Assembly (NCBI GenBank): GCA_034429475.1
Contig: DAOUGD010000123.1
Location: forward strand, 6,934-70,933
Direction of reading: 5' to 3'
Source: Anaerolineae bacterium
GTDB lineage: Bacteria; Chloroflexota; Anaerolineae; B4-G1; SLSP01
DNA length: 64,000 nucleotides
A model generated the notes under the pieces. It did not search any database and had not been told where the DNA came from. It saw only the letters and a list, made by a program, of their open reading frames with translations. Every line of letters begins with the position of its first letter. The stretch's first letter is position 1. Positions 36,632-47,983 of this stretch are shown here, piece after piece. A program made the translations under genes and the position numbers.

Positions 36632-38525
36632 CATAGCGGCACTGACCGCACAAGTGGCGCAGCTGAAGCGGCGACTGGCCGACGCCATAGTGACGATGCA
36701 ACAAACCGAGCGGATGTATGCGGGGGTGCTGCAACACATCCCCGGCGCGATCCTGCTGATGCAGAGCGTGGATGGGCGATATTGGTTCGTGAATCAAGCC
36801 TTCTGCGAGCTGTATGGGGTGGCGGAAAACCACGTCATCGGGCGGGTGGCGGCAGAAGTGGACATAGACATAGACTTGTTCCGGCTCGGCCTGCGAACCG
36901 TACAAGCCCGTGGGCAGGTGTACCAGAGCGAGCACCAGCACGGAGAGCGCTACTTCTGGGTGCGATGCTTTCCGGTGCTGGACACCCACCAGTTTTCCGC
37001 CACCTGCGGGGAGATGTACGCCGTGGGCGGCATCGCCCTCGACATCACGGCGCGCAAGGTGGCCGAACTGGAACTGGACGCCTATCGCCAGCACCTGGAA
37101 GACCTGGTGGCCGAGCGCACGCGCGAACTGGAACAGGCGCGCGCTGCCGCAGAAGCCGCGAACCGCGCCAAGAGTGGGTTTCTGGCGAGTATGAGCCACG
37201 AACTGCGCACGCCGCTCAACGGCATTTTGGGGTACGCCCAATTGCTGCGGCAAAGCCAGGATATGACACCAGCGCAAGAGACCGGTTTACGCATCATCCA
37301 GCGCAGCGGTGAGCACTTGTTGACGCTGATCACCGACATTCTGGACATGGCGAAGATCGAGGCGGGGAAGGTGGCCGTGCAGACCGCGCCGGTACACCTG
37401 CCAGAGTTCCTGGCCGATATCGCCGCCATCATCCACATTCGGGCGCAGGAGAAGGGCCTCCGGTTTGCGCACATTTTTCCCGACCACTTGCCGGCGGCGG
37501 TGCAGACGGATGAAAAGCGGTTGCGGCAGGTACTGCTCAACTTATTGAGCAACGCGGTGAAATTCACCGAAACCGGCAGCGTCACGCTGACGACCAGTGT
37601 GATCGCCTCCACACCGACGACCATGACCCTGCGGTTTGGAGTGCAGGACACCGGGCCAGGCATCGCGGCGGCGCAGTTGCCGCGGCTGTTCCAGCCCTTC
37701 GAGCGCGCCGGGGACGCGACGTTCCAGCAGCAGCACGAGGGCACCGGTCTGGGCCTGGCGGTGAGCCAGCAGTTGGTCAAGTTGTTGGGCGGCGATGAGT
37801 TGCACGTCGTGAGCGAGGTTGGCGTCGGGAGCCAGTTCTGGTTCACCCTGACGTTGCCTATGACAACGGCGCAGCGTGGCGGGACGCAGCCCTTGCGTTG
37901 GCCTAGCGGCTACCCCGGCCCTCGGCGTACGATTCTGGTAGCCGACGACAAGGATGATAACCGGCAATTCCTGGTAGACGCCTTGACGCCCTTGGGCTTT
38001 ACCATAGTCGCGGCGCGGGACGGACGGGAGTGTGTGAACCTGGCGCACGCGACGCATCCCGATGTCATCCTGATGGATTTGGTAATGCCGGGCCTGACCG
38101 GCTTTGAGGCGACGCAGCAATTGCGGGCAGACCCGGCCTGGCGCAGTTTGATCATCATTGCCACGACGGCGAGTGTCTTCGACCTGGATCACGCGCCGGA
38201 CAGCACCGGACGACTGGCGGGCTGCGACGGCTTCCTGGCGAAGCCCATTGACCTGCCCGCGCTCCTGGGGCTGCTGGCGGAGAATCTGGGGCTGGCCTGG
38301 GAATACGCTCCGGAACGTCCAGCAGTGGCCCCGGAGGTGCTAACCGCACCCCCAGCGGACGTGCGGACGGAGTTACAGACATTGGTGTTGGCCGGCGACC
38401 TGCTTACCGCCGCGGAACAGGCGGGGAACTTGCTGGGGGAGTACGCCGCTTGGACGGCGGAGTTTCGCCGGCGCGTGGCGGATTTTGATGAAACGGGGCT
38501 ACTGGCCCTGCTCACGGAGGGCTGA
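36618..38525 (+). CDS. hybrid sensor histidine kinase (PAS - HisKA - HATPase_c - REC)
   Basis: H-box [18 protein letters not shown]; G-boxes [10 protein letters not shown]; C-terminal receiver [14 protein letters not shown]...[16 protein letters not shown]. Confidence 0.9.
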   Translation: MPETDIAALTAQVAQLKRRLADAIVTMQQTERMYAGVLQHIPGAILLMQSVDGRYWFVNQAFCELYGVAENHVIGRVAAEVDIDIDLFRLGLRTVQARGQVYQSEHQHGERYFWVRCFPVLDTHQFSATCGEMYAVGGIALDITARKVAELELDAYRQHLEDLVAERTRELEQARAAAEAANRAKSGFLASMSHELRTPLNGILGYAQLLRQSQDMTPAQETGLRIIQRSGEHLLTLITDILDMAKIEAGKVAVQTAPVHLPEFLADIAAIIHIRAQEKGLRFAHIFPDHLPAAVQTDEKRLRQVLLNLLSNAVKFTETGSVTLTTSVIASTPTTMTLRFGVQDTGPGIAAAQLPRLFQPFERAGDATFQQQHEGTGLGLAVSQQLVKLLGGDELHVVSEVGVGSQFWFTLTLPMTTAQRGGTQPLRWPSGYPGPRRTILVADDKDDNRQFLVDALTPLGFTIVAARDGRECVNLAHATHPDVILMDLVMPGLTGFEATQQLRADPAWRSLIIIATTASVFDLDHAPDSTGRLAGCDGFLAKPIDLPALLGLLAENLGLAWEYAPERPAVAPEVLTAPPADVRTELQTLVLAGDLLTAAEQAGNLLGEYAAWTAEFRRRVADFDETGLLALLTEG

Positions 38526-38528
38526 GAT

Positions 38529-39800
38529 TTGCAGACATTGGACTACAGCGCGCATACCGTGCTGATCGTGGATGACAATCCGCAGAACCTGCAACTGCTG
38601 GCCGACTTCCTGCGCGCCTGGAAATTGCGGGTGTTGATCGCCCGCAACGGGCCAGACGCCCTCAAACGCGCGGCGCAACAACTGCCAGATCTGATCCTGC
38701 TGGACGTGATGATGCCAGAGATGGACGGGTTCACCGTCTGCCGTCAGTTGCAGAAAGACGCCGCCACGGCCGCCATTCCGGTGATCTTTATGACCGCGCT
38801 GGCCGATGGCGACAACAAGGTGCGCGGCTTCGAGGCCGGCGGCGTGGATTACATCACCAAACCGTTCCACCAGCCGGAGGTGTTGGCGCGCGTCACGGCG
38901 CAATTGCGCATCCATCAACTGACGCGGGCGCTGCAAGCCGCCAACGCCGACCTCGAGGCCAAAGTGGCCGAACGCACCGCTGCCCTGGAAAAGGCGCTGG
39001 AGACCGCGCGGATCCTGGATGCCCGGAAGAACGACTTCATTGACATTATCAGCCACGAGCTGCGCACGCCATTGACGGTCATCCAGGGCTATGCCCAGAT
39101 TTTGCACCAGATGGTGACGCTACCGGCGGACAGCGCCGCGCCCCTCGCGGCCATCAATACCGCTACACAGCAATTGGCGAGTGTGGTGGACATGGTGGTG
39201 GAAGTGGCCCGGTTAAATGGCGACAGCCTGACACTGACGCCCACCTGGGGCAACGTCAATGACGTGTTACAGCGTGTCACCCGGATATACGCTGCGGAAA
39301 CCGCCCGGCGGCGGTTGACCGTGACTCTGCAACTGGGGGAACTGCCGGTGGCGTGGATGGATACCCAGGCGCTGTATCAGGCATTGGAGCACGTTTTCCG
39401 CAACGCCATCAAGTACACGCCCGACGGTGGGACGATCACGGTCAGCAGCGCCACGTATGCGGATACCGGCAAGCAGTACGTAGAGCTGGTCATCCGCGAC
39501 ACCGGGATCGGGATCGCGCCGGCCGAGCAGCGGCTAATCTTCGAGCAGTTCTATCGCGTCGGCCCGGTGGCGCACCACTCCACCGGCAAAACCAAGTTCA
39601 AGGGTGGCGGCCCGGGCCTGGGGTTGACCCTCGCGCGGGGCATCGTGGAGGCGCACGGCGGCCGCATCTGGGTCGAAAGTCCGGGGTACGACGAAACCGC
39701 CTGCCCCGGCAGTCAGTTTTTCATCATTTTGCCAGTGCAGGCGCTGGCTTCCCCAGAATCAGTGGGAGGAGCTACGCCGGCAGAGACGGCGATACTTTAG
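38529..39800 (+). CDS. response-regulator receiver / histidine kinase fusion (REC - HisKA - HATPase_c)
   Basis: VLIVDDNPQNLQLL...DLILLDVMMPEMDGF; [17 protein letters not shown]; GPGLGLTLARGIVEAHGG; TTG start as in track. Confidence 0.85.
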   Translation: MQTLDYSAHTVLIVDDNPQNLQLLADFLRAWKLRVLIARNGPDALKRAAQQLPDLILLDVMMPEMDGFTVCRQLQKDAATAAIPVIFMTALADGDNKVRGFEAGGVDYITKPFHQPEVLARVTAQLRIHQLTRALQAANADLEAKVAERTAALEKALETARILDARKNDFIDIISHELRTPLTVIQGYAQILHQMVTLPADSAAPLAAINTATQQLASVVDMVVEVARLNGDSLTLTPTWGNVNDVLQRVTRIYAAETARRRLTVTLQLGELPVAWMDTQALYQALEHVFRNAIKYTPDGGTITVSSATYADTGKQYVELVIRDTGIGIAPAEQRLIFEQFYRVGPVAHHSTGKTKFKGGGPGLGLTLARGIVEAHGGRIWVESPGYDETACPGSQFFIILPVQALASPESVGGATPAETAIL

Positions 39801-39818
39801 TAGATAGGGGAGGATAGT

Positions 39819-42800
39819 GTGAAAGGTAAAAGCTTACGGATATTACTCAGTGTGATCCTGGCATTCCTGGTGGGAACTAGCGCAGTAGGGGCCGCGCCGC
39901 CGCCCCCGTATCTGACATATCAGGGGCACTTATACGATAGCACCGGGTTGCCGGTCGCGGATGGGGCGTATGAATTTGCGTTCAGTCTGTGGGCTACCGG
40001 AATGGCCGGCACGCGGCTGTGGGGGCCAGAGACACAGACCTTGACCGTGCGGCAGGGTTACTTCGCGGCCACGCTGGGTCAGCAAACACCGTTGCCGGCG
40101 TTGTCCAGTACGGTGTATTTGGAAATTACGGTCAATGGGGAAACCCTGACGCCGCGCCAGCCGCTGCAATCGGTGGCCTTCGCGCTCAACGCGGAGGTGG
40201 CGGAAACCGCGCAAGACAGCGTGACGTTGGCCGGGCAGGGGGCAGACTACTATCGGGACTGGCAATATACCCTCAATGTCCCAGCCGGGTTCGCCGATGG
40301 GGTAGACAACGACACGATCTATACTGACGCTGACGCGCTAGCGGCCGTCGCGGCGGCGGGGTATCTGACCCAAACCGGTGCGTTCACCGATGCGCAAATG
40401 CTCAATGGGCAACCAGGCAGTTATTACCTGAATTGGGACCACCTGACCGGAATGCCGGCCGGCTTCGCGGATGGCGTGGACCATGACACCGTATATACCG
40501 ATGCCCAGGCTCTGACTGCCGTGGCCAGCGCCGGCTATCTCAACGTCAGTGACGTGATCACCGTGATGCAGATCGCCGGTTACGTCTCGCAAACGCAGGT
40601 AGAAAACTTGATCGGCGCCGCGGACATCGGCTGGGGCCAACTGAGTGGCGTGCCGACCGGCTTCGCCGATGGGCGGGACAATGACACGACCTACACGGCC
40701 GGCAGGGGCTTATCCCTGTCCGGCACAGAGTTCACCGTGGTCAGCGCGCCCTGGAGTGGCCTGACTGGCATGCCGGCGGGTTTTGCCGATGGGATAGATG
40801 ACAACACGGTGTACACCGATGCTGACGCCCTGAATGCTGTGACCGGGGCTGGCTATGTTACCACGACTCAGGTACAAACCCTGATCGGTGCAGCCGATGT
40901 GGCCTGGGGGCAACTGAGCGGCGTCCCGGCGGGTTTTGCCGATGGGGTAGACAACGACACGCGGTACACCGATGCGGACGCCATACAGGCCGTAGCCGAC
41001 GCGGGCTATCTGCTGGCTACACAGGTGATCTCCACGGTGGCGGCGGCCGGGTATACCACGGCTGACCAGGTGATCACGATCATCACCGGGACGGGGGCGT
41101 TGACGTTGACCGTCAGTCAGGCGGAAAACGCGGATCTGTTGGACGGCCAGGACAGTCTCTACTACCTGGATGCCGGCCACCTCAATGCCGGGACGATGGG
41201 TACCGCGTACTATTCGGCGGCCGGCGATCTGGCCGCCGAGGGCTATCTGGACAACAACGCCGGCACGGACTTACTGACCCAGGCGCAGGCCGATGGCCGG
41301 TTCCTCAACCCGGGCGAAGCCAACAGCGTGACCGGCGCGATGCTGGTAGACGGTACGGTCGCCGCCGGCGATTTGCAGGACGGCGCGGCCCTCGCGGAAC
41401 TGGCTGACGATGACGGGGTGGGCAGTGGGCTGGATAGCGACCTGCTCGATGGGCAGTCCAGCGCGTACTACCTGGCCTGGGCGAATCAGACTGGCGTGCC
41501 GGCCGGGTTTGCGGATGGCACGGATAACGACACCCAATACACGGCCGGGACGGGGCTAAGCCTGAGCGGAACGCAATTCGGCGCCGACACCACGTACCTG
41601 CAACGCCGCGTGAGCAGCACTTGCGCGGCGGGCAGCAGCATCCGCGCGATTGCGCCGGACGGCACGGTGACGTGCGAAACCGACGATAATGGCGGCGGCG
41701 ACATTACCGGCGTGACGGCAGGAACCGGACTGACGGGTGGGGGGATATCCGGGGATGTGACTGTGAGTGCGGACACCACCTATCTGCAACGCCGCGTGAG
41801 TAGCACCTGTACCGCCGGTAGCAGTATCCGGGCGATTGCCGCCGATGGCACGGTGACGTGCGAAGCCGACGACAATACCACCTACACGGCCGGCGCCGGC
41901 TTAGGGCTGACCGGAGCGCAATTCAGCATCGCCAGCCCTTACCAGTTGCCGCAAACCTGCACCGGCGGCCAAATCCCCGAATGGAACGGCACGGCCTGGC
42001 TGTGCGGCGCGGATGACAACGCCGGCGGCGACATCACCGGCGTCACGGCCGGGACCGGACTCTCCGGCGGGGGAACGACCGGCGCGGTGACGGTCAGCGC
42101 CGATACCACCTACTTACAGCGGCGCGTCAGCAGTCCGTGCGCGGTGGGCAACACCATTCGCGCCATCAATGCCGATGGTACAGTGAGCTGTGAGGCCAAT
42201 CTTACCCACCGCGGTGCCCCTGGCAGCAACACCAGCACGGTCGTGGATAACACCGGCTCTACCAATTCCTTCACCATTGGTGCGGATGGGTTGGGCTTGC
42301 TCAGTTACTACACCGGCAGCGCCCTGCGCGTGTTGCACTGTGGCAATGCCGCCTGTACCAGCGGCAATGTGATCACCACCCTGGGCGCCGGCGGGCGCGA
42401 CCCGGCTATCATACTTGGGCCAGATGGCCTGGGTCTGATCAGTCATTACGACCCGACCAATGGCGATCTGGCGGTGACGCACTGCACCAATATTACCTGC
42501 ACTACGAGTACGACCGCGGCCCTGGACAGCACCGGGAGCGTAGGCCGGTACACCTCCCTGATGCTGGGGGCGGATGGGCTGGCCCTGATCAGCTACTACG
42601 ATGTGACCAATGGCGACTTGAAGGTCGCACATTGTTCCAACACCAACTGTACGGCCGCCACGATCACCATGCTGGACAGCACCGGCGATGTGGGGCAATC
42701 CACCTCCATCGCGCTGGGCGGCGACGGCTTAGGCTTGATCAGCTACTACGATGCCACCAATGGCGACCTGAAGGTGGCGCACTGCTCCAACACCAACTGC

Positions 42801-43265
42801 ACCGCTGCCACCCTCACCACCGTAGACAGTCACGCCACGTACAACCTGGGGAACTACAATGCCCTGGCGGTGGGCGCGGATGGCTTAGGCCTCATTGCCT
42901 ATCGCGTGGACAACCTGGGGGTGCGCGTCCTGCATTGTGGCAATGCTCTGTGCAACAGCGGCAATACGATCACCCCCCTCGACACGACCAACCTGTATCC
43001 GACCAGTCTCTCCCTCACCATAGATGCTGCTGGGTTAGGCATCGTGAGTTACGGGGCCAATGGCCTGGTACGGGTGATCCGCTGCGGCAACGTGGCCTGC
43101 ACCACCGGTACGCTCGTACCCCTGGCGGGCGCTGGCGCCCTCGGTCACACGTCGGTCACACTGGGCACGGATGGGCTACCCCTCCTCAGCTACTCAGATG
43201 GGACCAACCTGCGCGTCGCCCACTGCGTGAACGAGTTCTGCATGGCGTACTTCCGCCGCCGCTAG
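39819..43265 (+). CDS. giant cell-surface protein with three tandem-repeat classes
   Basis: Signal peptide [25 protein letters not shown]; about 8 copies of G(M/V)PAGFADGxDNDTxYTDAxAL; 3 copies of [34 protein letters not shown]; about 8 copies of a 48-aa Cys-containing unit [29 protein letters not shown]. Confidence 0.8.
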   Translation: MKGKSLRILLSVILAFLVGTSAVGAAPPPPYLTYQGHLYDSTGLPVADGAYEFAFSLWATGMAGTRLWGPETQTLTVRQGYFAATLGQQTPLPALSSTVYLEITVNGETLTPRQPLQSVAFALNAEVAETAQDSVTLAGQGADYYRDWQYTLNVPAGFADGVDNDTIYTDADALAAVAAAGYLTQTGAFTDAQMLNGQPGSYYLNWDHLTGMPAGFADGVDHDTVYTDAQALTAVASAGYLNVSDVITVMQIAGYVSQTQVENLIGAADIGWGQLSGVPTGFADGRDNDTTYTAGRGLSLSGTEFTVVSAPWSGLTGMPAGFADGIDDNTVYTDADALNAVTGAGYVTTTQVQTLIGAADVAWGQLSGVPAGFADGVDNDTRYTDADAIQAVADAGYLLATQVISTVAAAGYTTADQVITIITGTGALTLTVSQAENADLLDGQDSLYYLDAGHLNAGTMGTAYYSAAGDLAAEGYLDNNAGTDLLTQAQADGRFLNPGEANSVTGAMLVDGTVAAGDLQDGAALAELADDDGVGSGLDSDLLDGQSSAYYLAWANQTGVPAGFADGTDNDTQYTAGTGLSLSGTQFGADTTYLQRRVSSTCAAGSSIRAIAPDGTVTCETDDNGGGDITGVTAGTGLTGGGISGDVTVSADTTYLQRRVSSTCTAGSSIRAIAADGTVTCEADDNTTYTAGAGLGLTGAQFSIASPYQLPQTCTGGQIPEWNGTAWLCGADDNAGGDITGVTAGTGLSGGGTTGAVTVSADTTYLQRRVSSPCAVGNTIRAINADGTVSCEANLTHRGAPGSNTSTVVDNTGSTNSFTIGADGLGLLSYYTGSALRVLHCGNAACTSGNVITTLGAGGRDPAIILGPDGLGLISHYDPTNGDLAVTHCTNITCTTSTTAALDSTGSVGRYTSLMLGADGLALISYYDVTNGDLKVAHCSNTNCTAATITMLDSTGDVGQSTSIALGGDGLGLISYYDATNGDLKVAHCSNTNCTAATLTTVDSHATYNLGNYNALAVGADGLGLIAYRVDNLGVRVLHCGNALCNSGNTITPLDTTNLYPTSLSLTIDAAGLGIVSYGANGLVRVIRCGNVACTTGTLVPLAGAGALGHTSVTLGTDGLPLLSYSDGTNLRVAHCVNEFCMAYFRRR

Positions 43266-43275
43266 GAGGCTGCTG

Positions 43276-44445
43276 ATGAGAATTTGGGGCCTGATGGCGA
43301 GTTTATGGCTACTGATCCTGAGTGGGCTTTGTGCTTCCCCGGTAGCTGCCCAAAGCGGCGGCTACCAGGTAGGGGGTGCTACCTACGCGGCCAACACCGG
43401 CGGCGTTCTGACCAGCGCCAGCTACCAGGTGCAAGGCACATTGGGGCAACCGGCGGTGGACATCTCTTTGGGGGAAAACTATGGCGTCACCGGCGGGATC
43501 TGGTCAGGGGTGCAGACTGCCGAAACCCTGGTGCTGGCGAAGGAAGCCCGCAGCAATAACGCGGCAGTCAACCGCGCCGAGGCCGGCGCGGCCCTGACCT
43601 ACATCCTGGCCGTCACCAACAATGGCCTCCGCGCGCAGGAATATGTGACCATTACCGATATTCTGCCCGCAGGGTTAACTTTGCTGCCGGACAGTCTGCA
43701 ATCTAAGTGGGGTGTCTTTGGTGTCGCAGGTGAGGCCCCCTATCGCGTGACCTGGACCATCCCCACGTTGCCGGCCAACGAGATCGCCGTGTTGACCTAC
43801 CAGGCGTATCCCCTGACCGGCACGGAAGGACTGACGCTGACCAACATGGCGGTCGGCGTGAGCGCGAGCGCCGGCCCGGTGACGGCGACGGCCAGCATCC
43901 GGGTCTATCGGCCTAACCGGCTATACCTGCCGCTCATCATGCGTGGCTATCCGCCGCTGGTTACACCGGTCGAGCCGGTATTACACCCCCTGGCCGACGC
44001 GCCGGCACAATGCGTGGGCGCAGCGGCAGTAGTGATCAGCGACATCTACCAAGATGACTTTGCCACGGCGAATGACAACGACTGGTATCAGTTCACGGCG
44101 ACGGCGTCAGGCTATATCCTGGAAACGAGCACCCTCGGCGCGCGCGCGGACACGCTCCTGTACCTGTATGCCCCCGCCGATTGCGTGAATCCTATCGCCG
44201 CGAACGACGACATCAGTTACCCCGGCAATCGCGCCTCGCGGATCGTCGCGGCGCTGCCGCCGGGCATGTACTACGCGATGGTGCGCAATTGGGATTGGCA
44301 GGTGTACGGCGTGGACACGGGGTATCGGCTCACGGTGGAAGTGGACGGGCCGCTCTCCGGCGACGGGGTCCGCCTGGCGCCCGCGCCGGTCGGCAATATC
44401 AAACCCACGCCGCCACCCACGCCCACCGTCGGAGACGCACGATGA
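43276..44445 (+). CDS. secreted protein with DUF11-like conserved repeat and pre-peptidase C-terminal (PPC)-like domain
   Basis: Signal peptide; ALTYILAVTNNG (DUF11-like); DNDWYQFTATASGY (PPC-like). Confidence 0.55.
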   Translation: MRIWGLMASLWLLILSGLCASPVAAQSGGYQVGGATYAANTGGVLTSASYQVQGTLGQPAVDISLGENYGVTGGIWSGVQTAETLVLAKEARSNNAAVNRAEAGAALTYILAVTNNGLRAQEYVTITDILPAGLTLLPDSLQSKWGVFGVAGEAPYRVTWTIPTLPANEIAVLTYQAYPLTGTEGLTLTNMAVGVSASAGPVTATASIRVYRPNRLYLPLIMRGYPPLVTPVEPVLHPLADAPAQCVGAAAVVISDIYQDDFATANDNDWYQFTATASGYILETSTLGARADTLLYLYAPADCVNPIAANDDISYPGNRASRIVAALPPGMYYAMVRNWDWQVYGVDTGYRLTVEVDGPLSGDGVRLAPAPVGNIKPTPPPTPTVGDAR

Positions 44446-45788
44446 ACCGGCGCCGGATGACCATCCTCGTAGCGGCGACCGTAGGGGGGCTGTTGCTTTG
44501 CTGCACCCTGGCATGCGTCGTGGGCGTCTTGACCGGTGTCATTCGGCCGTATGGGAACACTGACATAGCGCGCGGCTATGCCCCGGCCACACCGGCGGTA
44601 GCCAGCGCTGCTACTCCGCGTCGTCCGGCGCCCACTGTCGCTGAGGCCACCCCGCAACTGGCGGCCGGCGCTCCAGCATCGCCCACCGCTACGCCCGCGT
44701 ATCCCACGGCGCAACAGGGCGAGATCGTCCTGACGGTGCGCAATCTCAGCCCGCGCGTCATCTGTGAGGTGGTGGTATCGCCTACTGAAAGCGGAACGTG
44801 GGGGGAGCGCAATTTGTTGCTCGCGCCCCTGGCAGCGGCGGATTCCATCACGGTCCGCTTCGCCGCAACCGAGTTGTACGATGTGTTGCTGGTGGGCTGC
44901 GATGAAACCCCTATGGGCAGTTTCGCGGAACTCGCTACTGGCCAGAGCTACACGCTGAACGTGGGAGAGGTGGGTGATGAAGCGCAAATCCGGCTGGTTA
45001 ATCAAGGCCCGGTGGATGTCTGTGTCGTCATCATTGTGCCGGCCGGAATGGATATAACTAATGCGCACACCGCCGATCTGCTTGGCCGCAGTGAAGTGGT
45101 CGCCGCTGGGGACGCGCGCTGGCTGTTCGTCCCACCGGGGACGAAGGATATGCTGGCGCTGGATTGTGACGGCAACCCCCTCTCCCGACGACAAGGGCGG
45201 GAACTGGCCGCTCAGGGATATACCTGGTACGTGCCGGATGCGGATAGTCACACGCCGGCGGCAACAACCCGCCCGGCCGTCGGGGACAGCCAGAGGCGGG
45301 GGCCGGGCCATCCGGCCCCGCTGCCTCAGAAGGAGACGCCGCCTCCGACGCCAGTGAAACCTACGCCACCACCCACGCCGGGCTTACCAGAGCCCACCGC
45401 GCCGTCCACCGCCGTACCGGCTACGACCGCGCCGCACCCGGCCGCACCTACCAGCAATGAACCGCCCCCTACGCCGACCACGCCGGTAGTGATTTTACTA
45501 CCAGAAACGGGTTATGGGACGACGGGTGGGGACATCCGCGATCCCTGGCTGCTGCTGGCGCCCATCGGGTTACTGGGCCTGGGGCTGGTGTTGAGCGGTC
45601 TGGGCGGCATTTTACGCCTGCACCCGTACTGCTGGCTTGGTTTCCACGAGTGGGTCGCGCAACCGGACGGGCGGCGCCGTGAGGGGCAATATGTGGATGT
45701 GCCGCATACCTGCCTGGCTTGCGGGCGCCACCGGACGTTCCGGCTGCGCGCGCCGGCGGACAGCCAGGAAGGGTCTGAGGACGAATGA
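44442..45788 (+). CDS. membrane-anchored Pro/Thr-rich protein with C-terminal TM and CxxC zinc-ribbon-like tail
   Basis: ATG overlaps the upstream stop; the N-terminal extension in track ORF 44181.. is an out-of-frame overlap. Confidence 0.5.
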   Translation: MNRRRMTILVAATVGGLLLCCTLACVVGVLTGVIRPYGNTDIARGYAPATPAVASAATPRRPAPTVAEATPQLAAGAPASPTATPAYPTAQQGEIVLTVRNLSPRVICEVVVSPTESGTWGERNLLLAPLAAADSITVRFAATELYDVLLVGCDETPMGSFAELATGQSYTLNVGEVGDEAQIRLVNQGPVDVCVVIIVPAGMDITNAHTADLLGRSEVVAAGDARWLFVPPGTKDMLALDCDGNPLSRRQGRELAAQGYTWYVPDADSHTPAATTRPAVGDSQRRGPGHPAPLPQKETPPPTPVKPTPPPTPGLPEPTAPSTAVPATTAPHPAAPTSNEPPPTPTTPVVILLPETGYGTTGGDIRDPWLLLAPIGLLGLGLVLSGLGGILRLHPYCWLGFHEWVAQPDGRRREGQYVDVPHTCLACGRHRTFRLRAPADSQEGSEDE

Positions 45789-45822
45789 GCTGCCACCAGC
45801 GGCTAGACAGGTAGGGACCAGG

Positions 45823-46848
45823 ATGAAGGCACATCGTTGGTTATGTAGTTTAGGACTGTTGATCGTGTGTAATGTAGGGTTGCCGGTGGGCGCCCAAAAA
45901 GGTACGCCGCCGCCGACCCCCGCGCCAGCTACGGTGGCGCCGATTTACCCGACGGCGGAGCCGAAGCCCACAGACGTGCCGGTGGAAAAGCCCCCGGCGC
46001 TGCCCACGCCGACACCGGAGCCGCCCACCGCCACGCCAGAACCGCCGACTATGACGCCGGCGCCCTTGCCTGTTCCGGTGGCGCTGGACACGGCTACCCC
46101 GGCGGCGGCGCCGCCAGATACGGCTACACCAGAGTCGCCGACCGCCGCCCCGCTGAAAGCCACACCGGAACCACTGTTGGCTTTACCGACCGCGACGGCG
46201 ACGCTGACCGTCACAGAAGTTATCACGACTACCACAGTGATCACGCGCCCGCATCCGGTACAAGTCGTCGTCCAGCAAGTCCAGGAACGCATCGCGGCCC
46301 TTCCCGTCTGGGCGCAAGTCGGCGGGGCGCTCGTCGGCGCGCTGTTATGCGTCGGCGGCCTGGGATTGGCATGGCGTCTCGTCCACTACACGCGCCAGGA
46401 CTTGGCGCTGAAACGGCGTCAACTGACGGAAGATGAATCGGCGCGCGTGGCGGCGCAACGGCGCGAGGTGGAGGGGCGGTTAGCGGCCGATGCCCAGGCC
46501 TGGCGACCGTTCCTGGCTCAAATCATCACCGATACCCTGGGTACGGCGGTGCGCCTTGTCCCGAACGTGGCTGCTACTCTGAGCACCGATCCACCGGAGT
46601 TCCGCGTGACCGATGTAGTAACGCAGGCCGTCTATCAGTTCACCCCGACCGCGCCGGGCAAGAAGCTGGCGGCGGGAGAAAAGGTCTATCCTCTGACCGA
46701 TCCCCAAACGCGGGTCGAAGTGTTAGCCGTGTGGAATCATCTGGTACAACAGCAGCTCAACGGCGTCGCGCCGGCAATTCCCCGGCAAGCGTCCTGGACG
46801 TTGCACTATCTCCCCCCTGCTACATCACCCACCTTGAAGGTACGGTAA
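45823..46848 (+). CDS. Pro/Thr-rich secreted / membrane protein
   Basis: Signal peptide MKAHRWLCSLGLLIVCNVGLPVGA; long PTPxP linker; central TM. Confidence 0.5.
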   Translation: MKAHRWLCSLGLLIVCNVGLPVGAQKGTPPPTPAPATVAPIYPTAEPKPTDVPVEKPPALPTPTPEPPTATPEPPTMTPAPLPVPVALDTATPAAAPPDTATPESPTAAPLKATPEPLLALPTATATLTVTEVITTTTVITRPHPVQVVVQQVQERIAALPVWAQVGGALVGALLCVGGLGLAWRLVHYTRQDLALKRRQLTEDESARVAAQRREVEGRLAADAQAWRPFLAQIITDTLGTAVRLVPNVAATLSTDPPEFRVTDVVTQAVYQFTPTAPGKKLAAGEKVYPLTDPQTRVEVLAVWNHLVQQQLNGVAPAIPRQASWTLHYLPPATSPTLKVR

Positions 46849-46852
46849 AGGT

Positions 46853-47344
46853 ATGAGAATGGAACGCAAGGTTTTACAGCCACCATGGATCGAGGTTAGC
46901 GAGGTCACGCCCTTGGCAAAGGTATTCGGCCCGGAGTGGCGCGCTACGCCGCCCCCGCCCCGGTCAGATGTCCGCTGGCGCGTGGTGTTTGGCTATGACA
47001 CCCTGGCGAGCCGGGTGATCAACTATGTGGTCAATCTGGCGAACGCGCAGACACTGACGACATTAGGAGCGCTGACGGAGGCGCTGCGCGCCACGTATTT
47101 CGCTGACCTGCGGTTCGGCAAAGGCATCGGAGCACTCGGCACGGCGTATCTGTTGACGGCATTGGAGATCATTCCGCCGTCGTCGCCGCCGGCTACCGCC
47201 GCCACCGCCGGCGCACTCCGCCGGGCGGCGCGGCAGTTACGGGTCGTAGCCGCCAGCGTCCAGGAGCAGGTTACGCCGGATACCCTGGCGGCGTTGGGGC
47301 GCATCCAGCAAACCTTGCGCGAGCTATGTACCCCTGCGGTCTAA
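46853..47344 (+). CDS. hypothetical protein
   Basis: 163 aa, protein-like. Confidence 0.45.
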   Translation: MRMERKVLQPPWIEVSEVTPLAKVFGPEWRATPPPPRSDVRWRVVFGYDTLASRVINYVVNLANAQTLTTLGALTEALRATYFADLRFGKGIGALGTAYLLTALEIIPPSSPPATAATAGALRRAARQLRVVAASVQEQVTPDTLAALGRIQQTLRELCTPAV

Positions 47345-47346
47345 AA

Positions 47347-47446
47347 GTTAGAAAAACAGGTTCAACCGGTTCATAGGTTAGAAAAACAGGTTCGACAGGT
47401 TCAGCAGGTTCACGGGTTAGAAAAACAGGTTCAGCAGGTATCAGGA
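47347..47446. repeat. tandem array: 3 x GTTAGAAAAACAGGTTC units (30/39/30 bp) holding about 8 CAGGTTC(A/G) sub-repeats
   Basis: Read directly; intergenic, upstream of the SSB operon. Confidence 0.75.
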
Positions 47447-47548
47447 CATATACGTGGGTTTCCCCTGGTATTTAACCGGGGGGACTGACATGGGATGATC
47501 GCAGTGAATAGTATAGGTGATCCAGGGCCAGAAAAAGGGTAAAAACAC

Positions 47549-47983
47549 ATGGGGATAACGGAACGAGGCACGGGTAAAAACCACGGGCACGGGAAAGCCG
47601 GGCGCGCGGGGGAAGCCGGAACGGTGCGCCTGATTCGCTTCCTGGTAGCGTTGGCGGGCGGCGATCCGCGCCAATGCCAGTTACCGCCGTTGAAACGGCC
47701 CTTGCGGGTGACGGTGCAGCGGGGAGATACGGACGAATTACGGTACATCGTCATTGCGCCGGCGGGCCGCGCCGTAGCGGGGAACTTTGTGCATATTGCC
47801 GGGCCGGTGGTTGCGGTGAACGCTACTACGGTGCAAGTGCAGGGGAATAGCGAGGCTGCACCGGTGTCCGTGACGTTGGCCGGCGCCGGGAACGTGCCGC
47901 AGTTGGGGCAATGGTTGGCGGGTTGTGGACAGTTGCAGGGCCAAGCCATCGTCATTGAACAGTGGGAGGTCAAAGATGTTTAA
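47549..47983 (+). CDS. hypothetical protein, translationally coupled to the ssb-like gene (start uncertain)
   Basis: Its stop TAA overlaps the SSB ATG; Val/Gly-rich, possible beta-rich fold. Confidence 0.35.
   Translation: MGITERGTGKNHGHGKAGRAGEAGTVRLIRFLVALAGGDPRQCQLPPLKRPLRVTVQRGDTDELRYIVIAPAGRAVAGNFVHIAGPVVAVNATTVQVQGNSEAAPVSVTLAGAGNVPQLGQWLAGCGQLQGQAIVIEQWEVKDV

Noticed and set aside
39819-47344. Diversity-generating retroelement or retron associated with the repeat-rich surface proteins
   Set aside because: No reverse-transcriptase ORF and no template/variable repeat pair with adenine-specific differences could be found.
47347-47446. Possible CRISPR array from the GTTAGAAAAACAGGTTC repeats
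   Set aside because: Only three units, separated by 13-22-bp 'spacers' that are themselves made of the same CAGGTTC sub-repeat. No cas genes nearby. It behaves like an iteron or binding-site array, not CRISPR.
47431-47973. 180-aa minus-strand Cys/Pro-rich ORF
   Set aside because: Antisense to the ORF coupled to ssb. Composition is artefactual.
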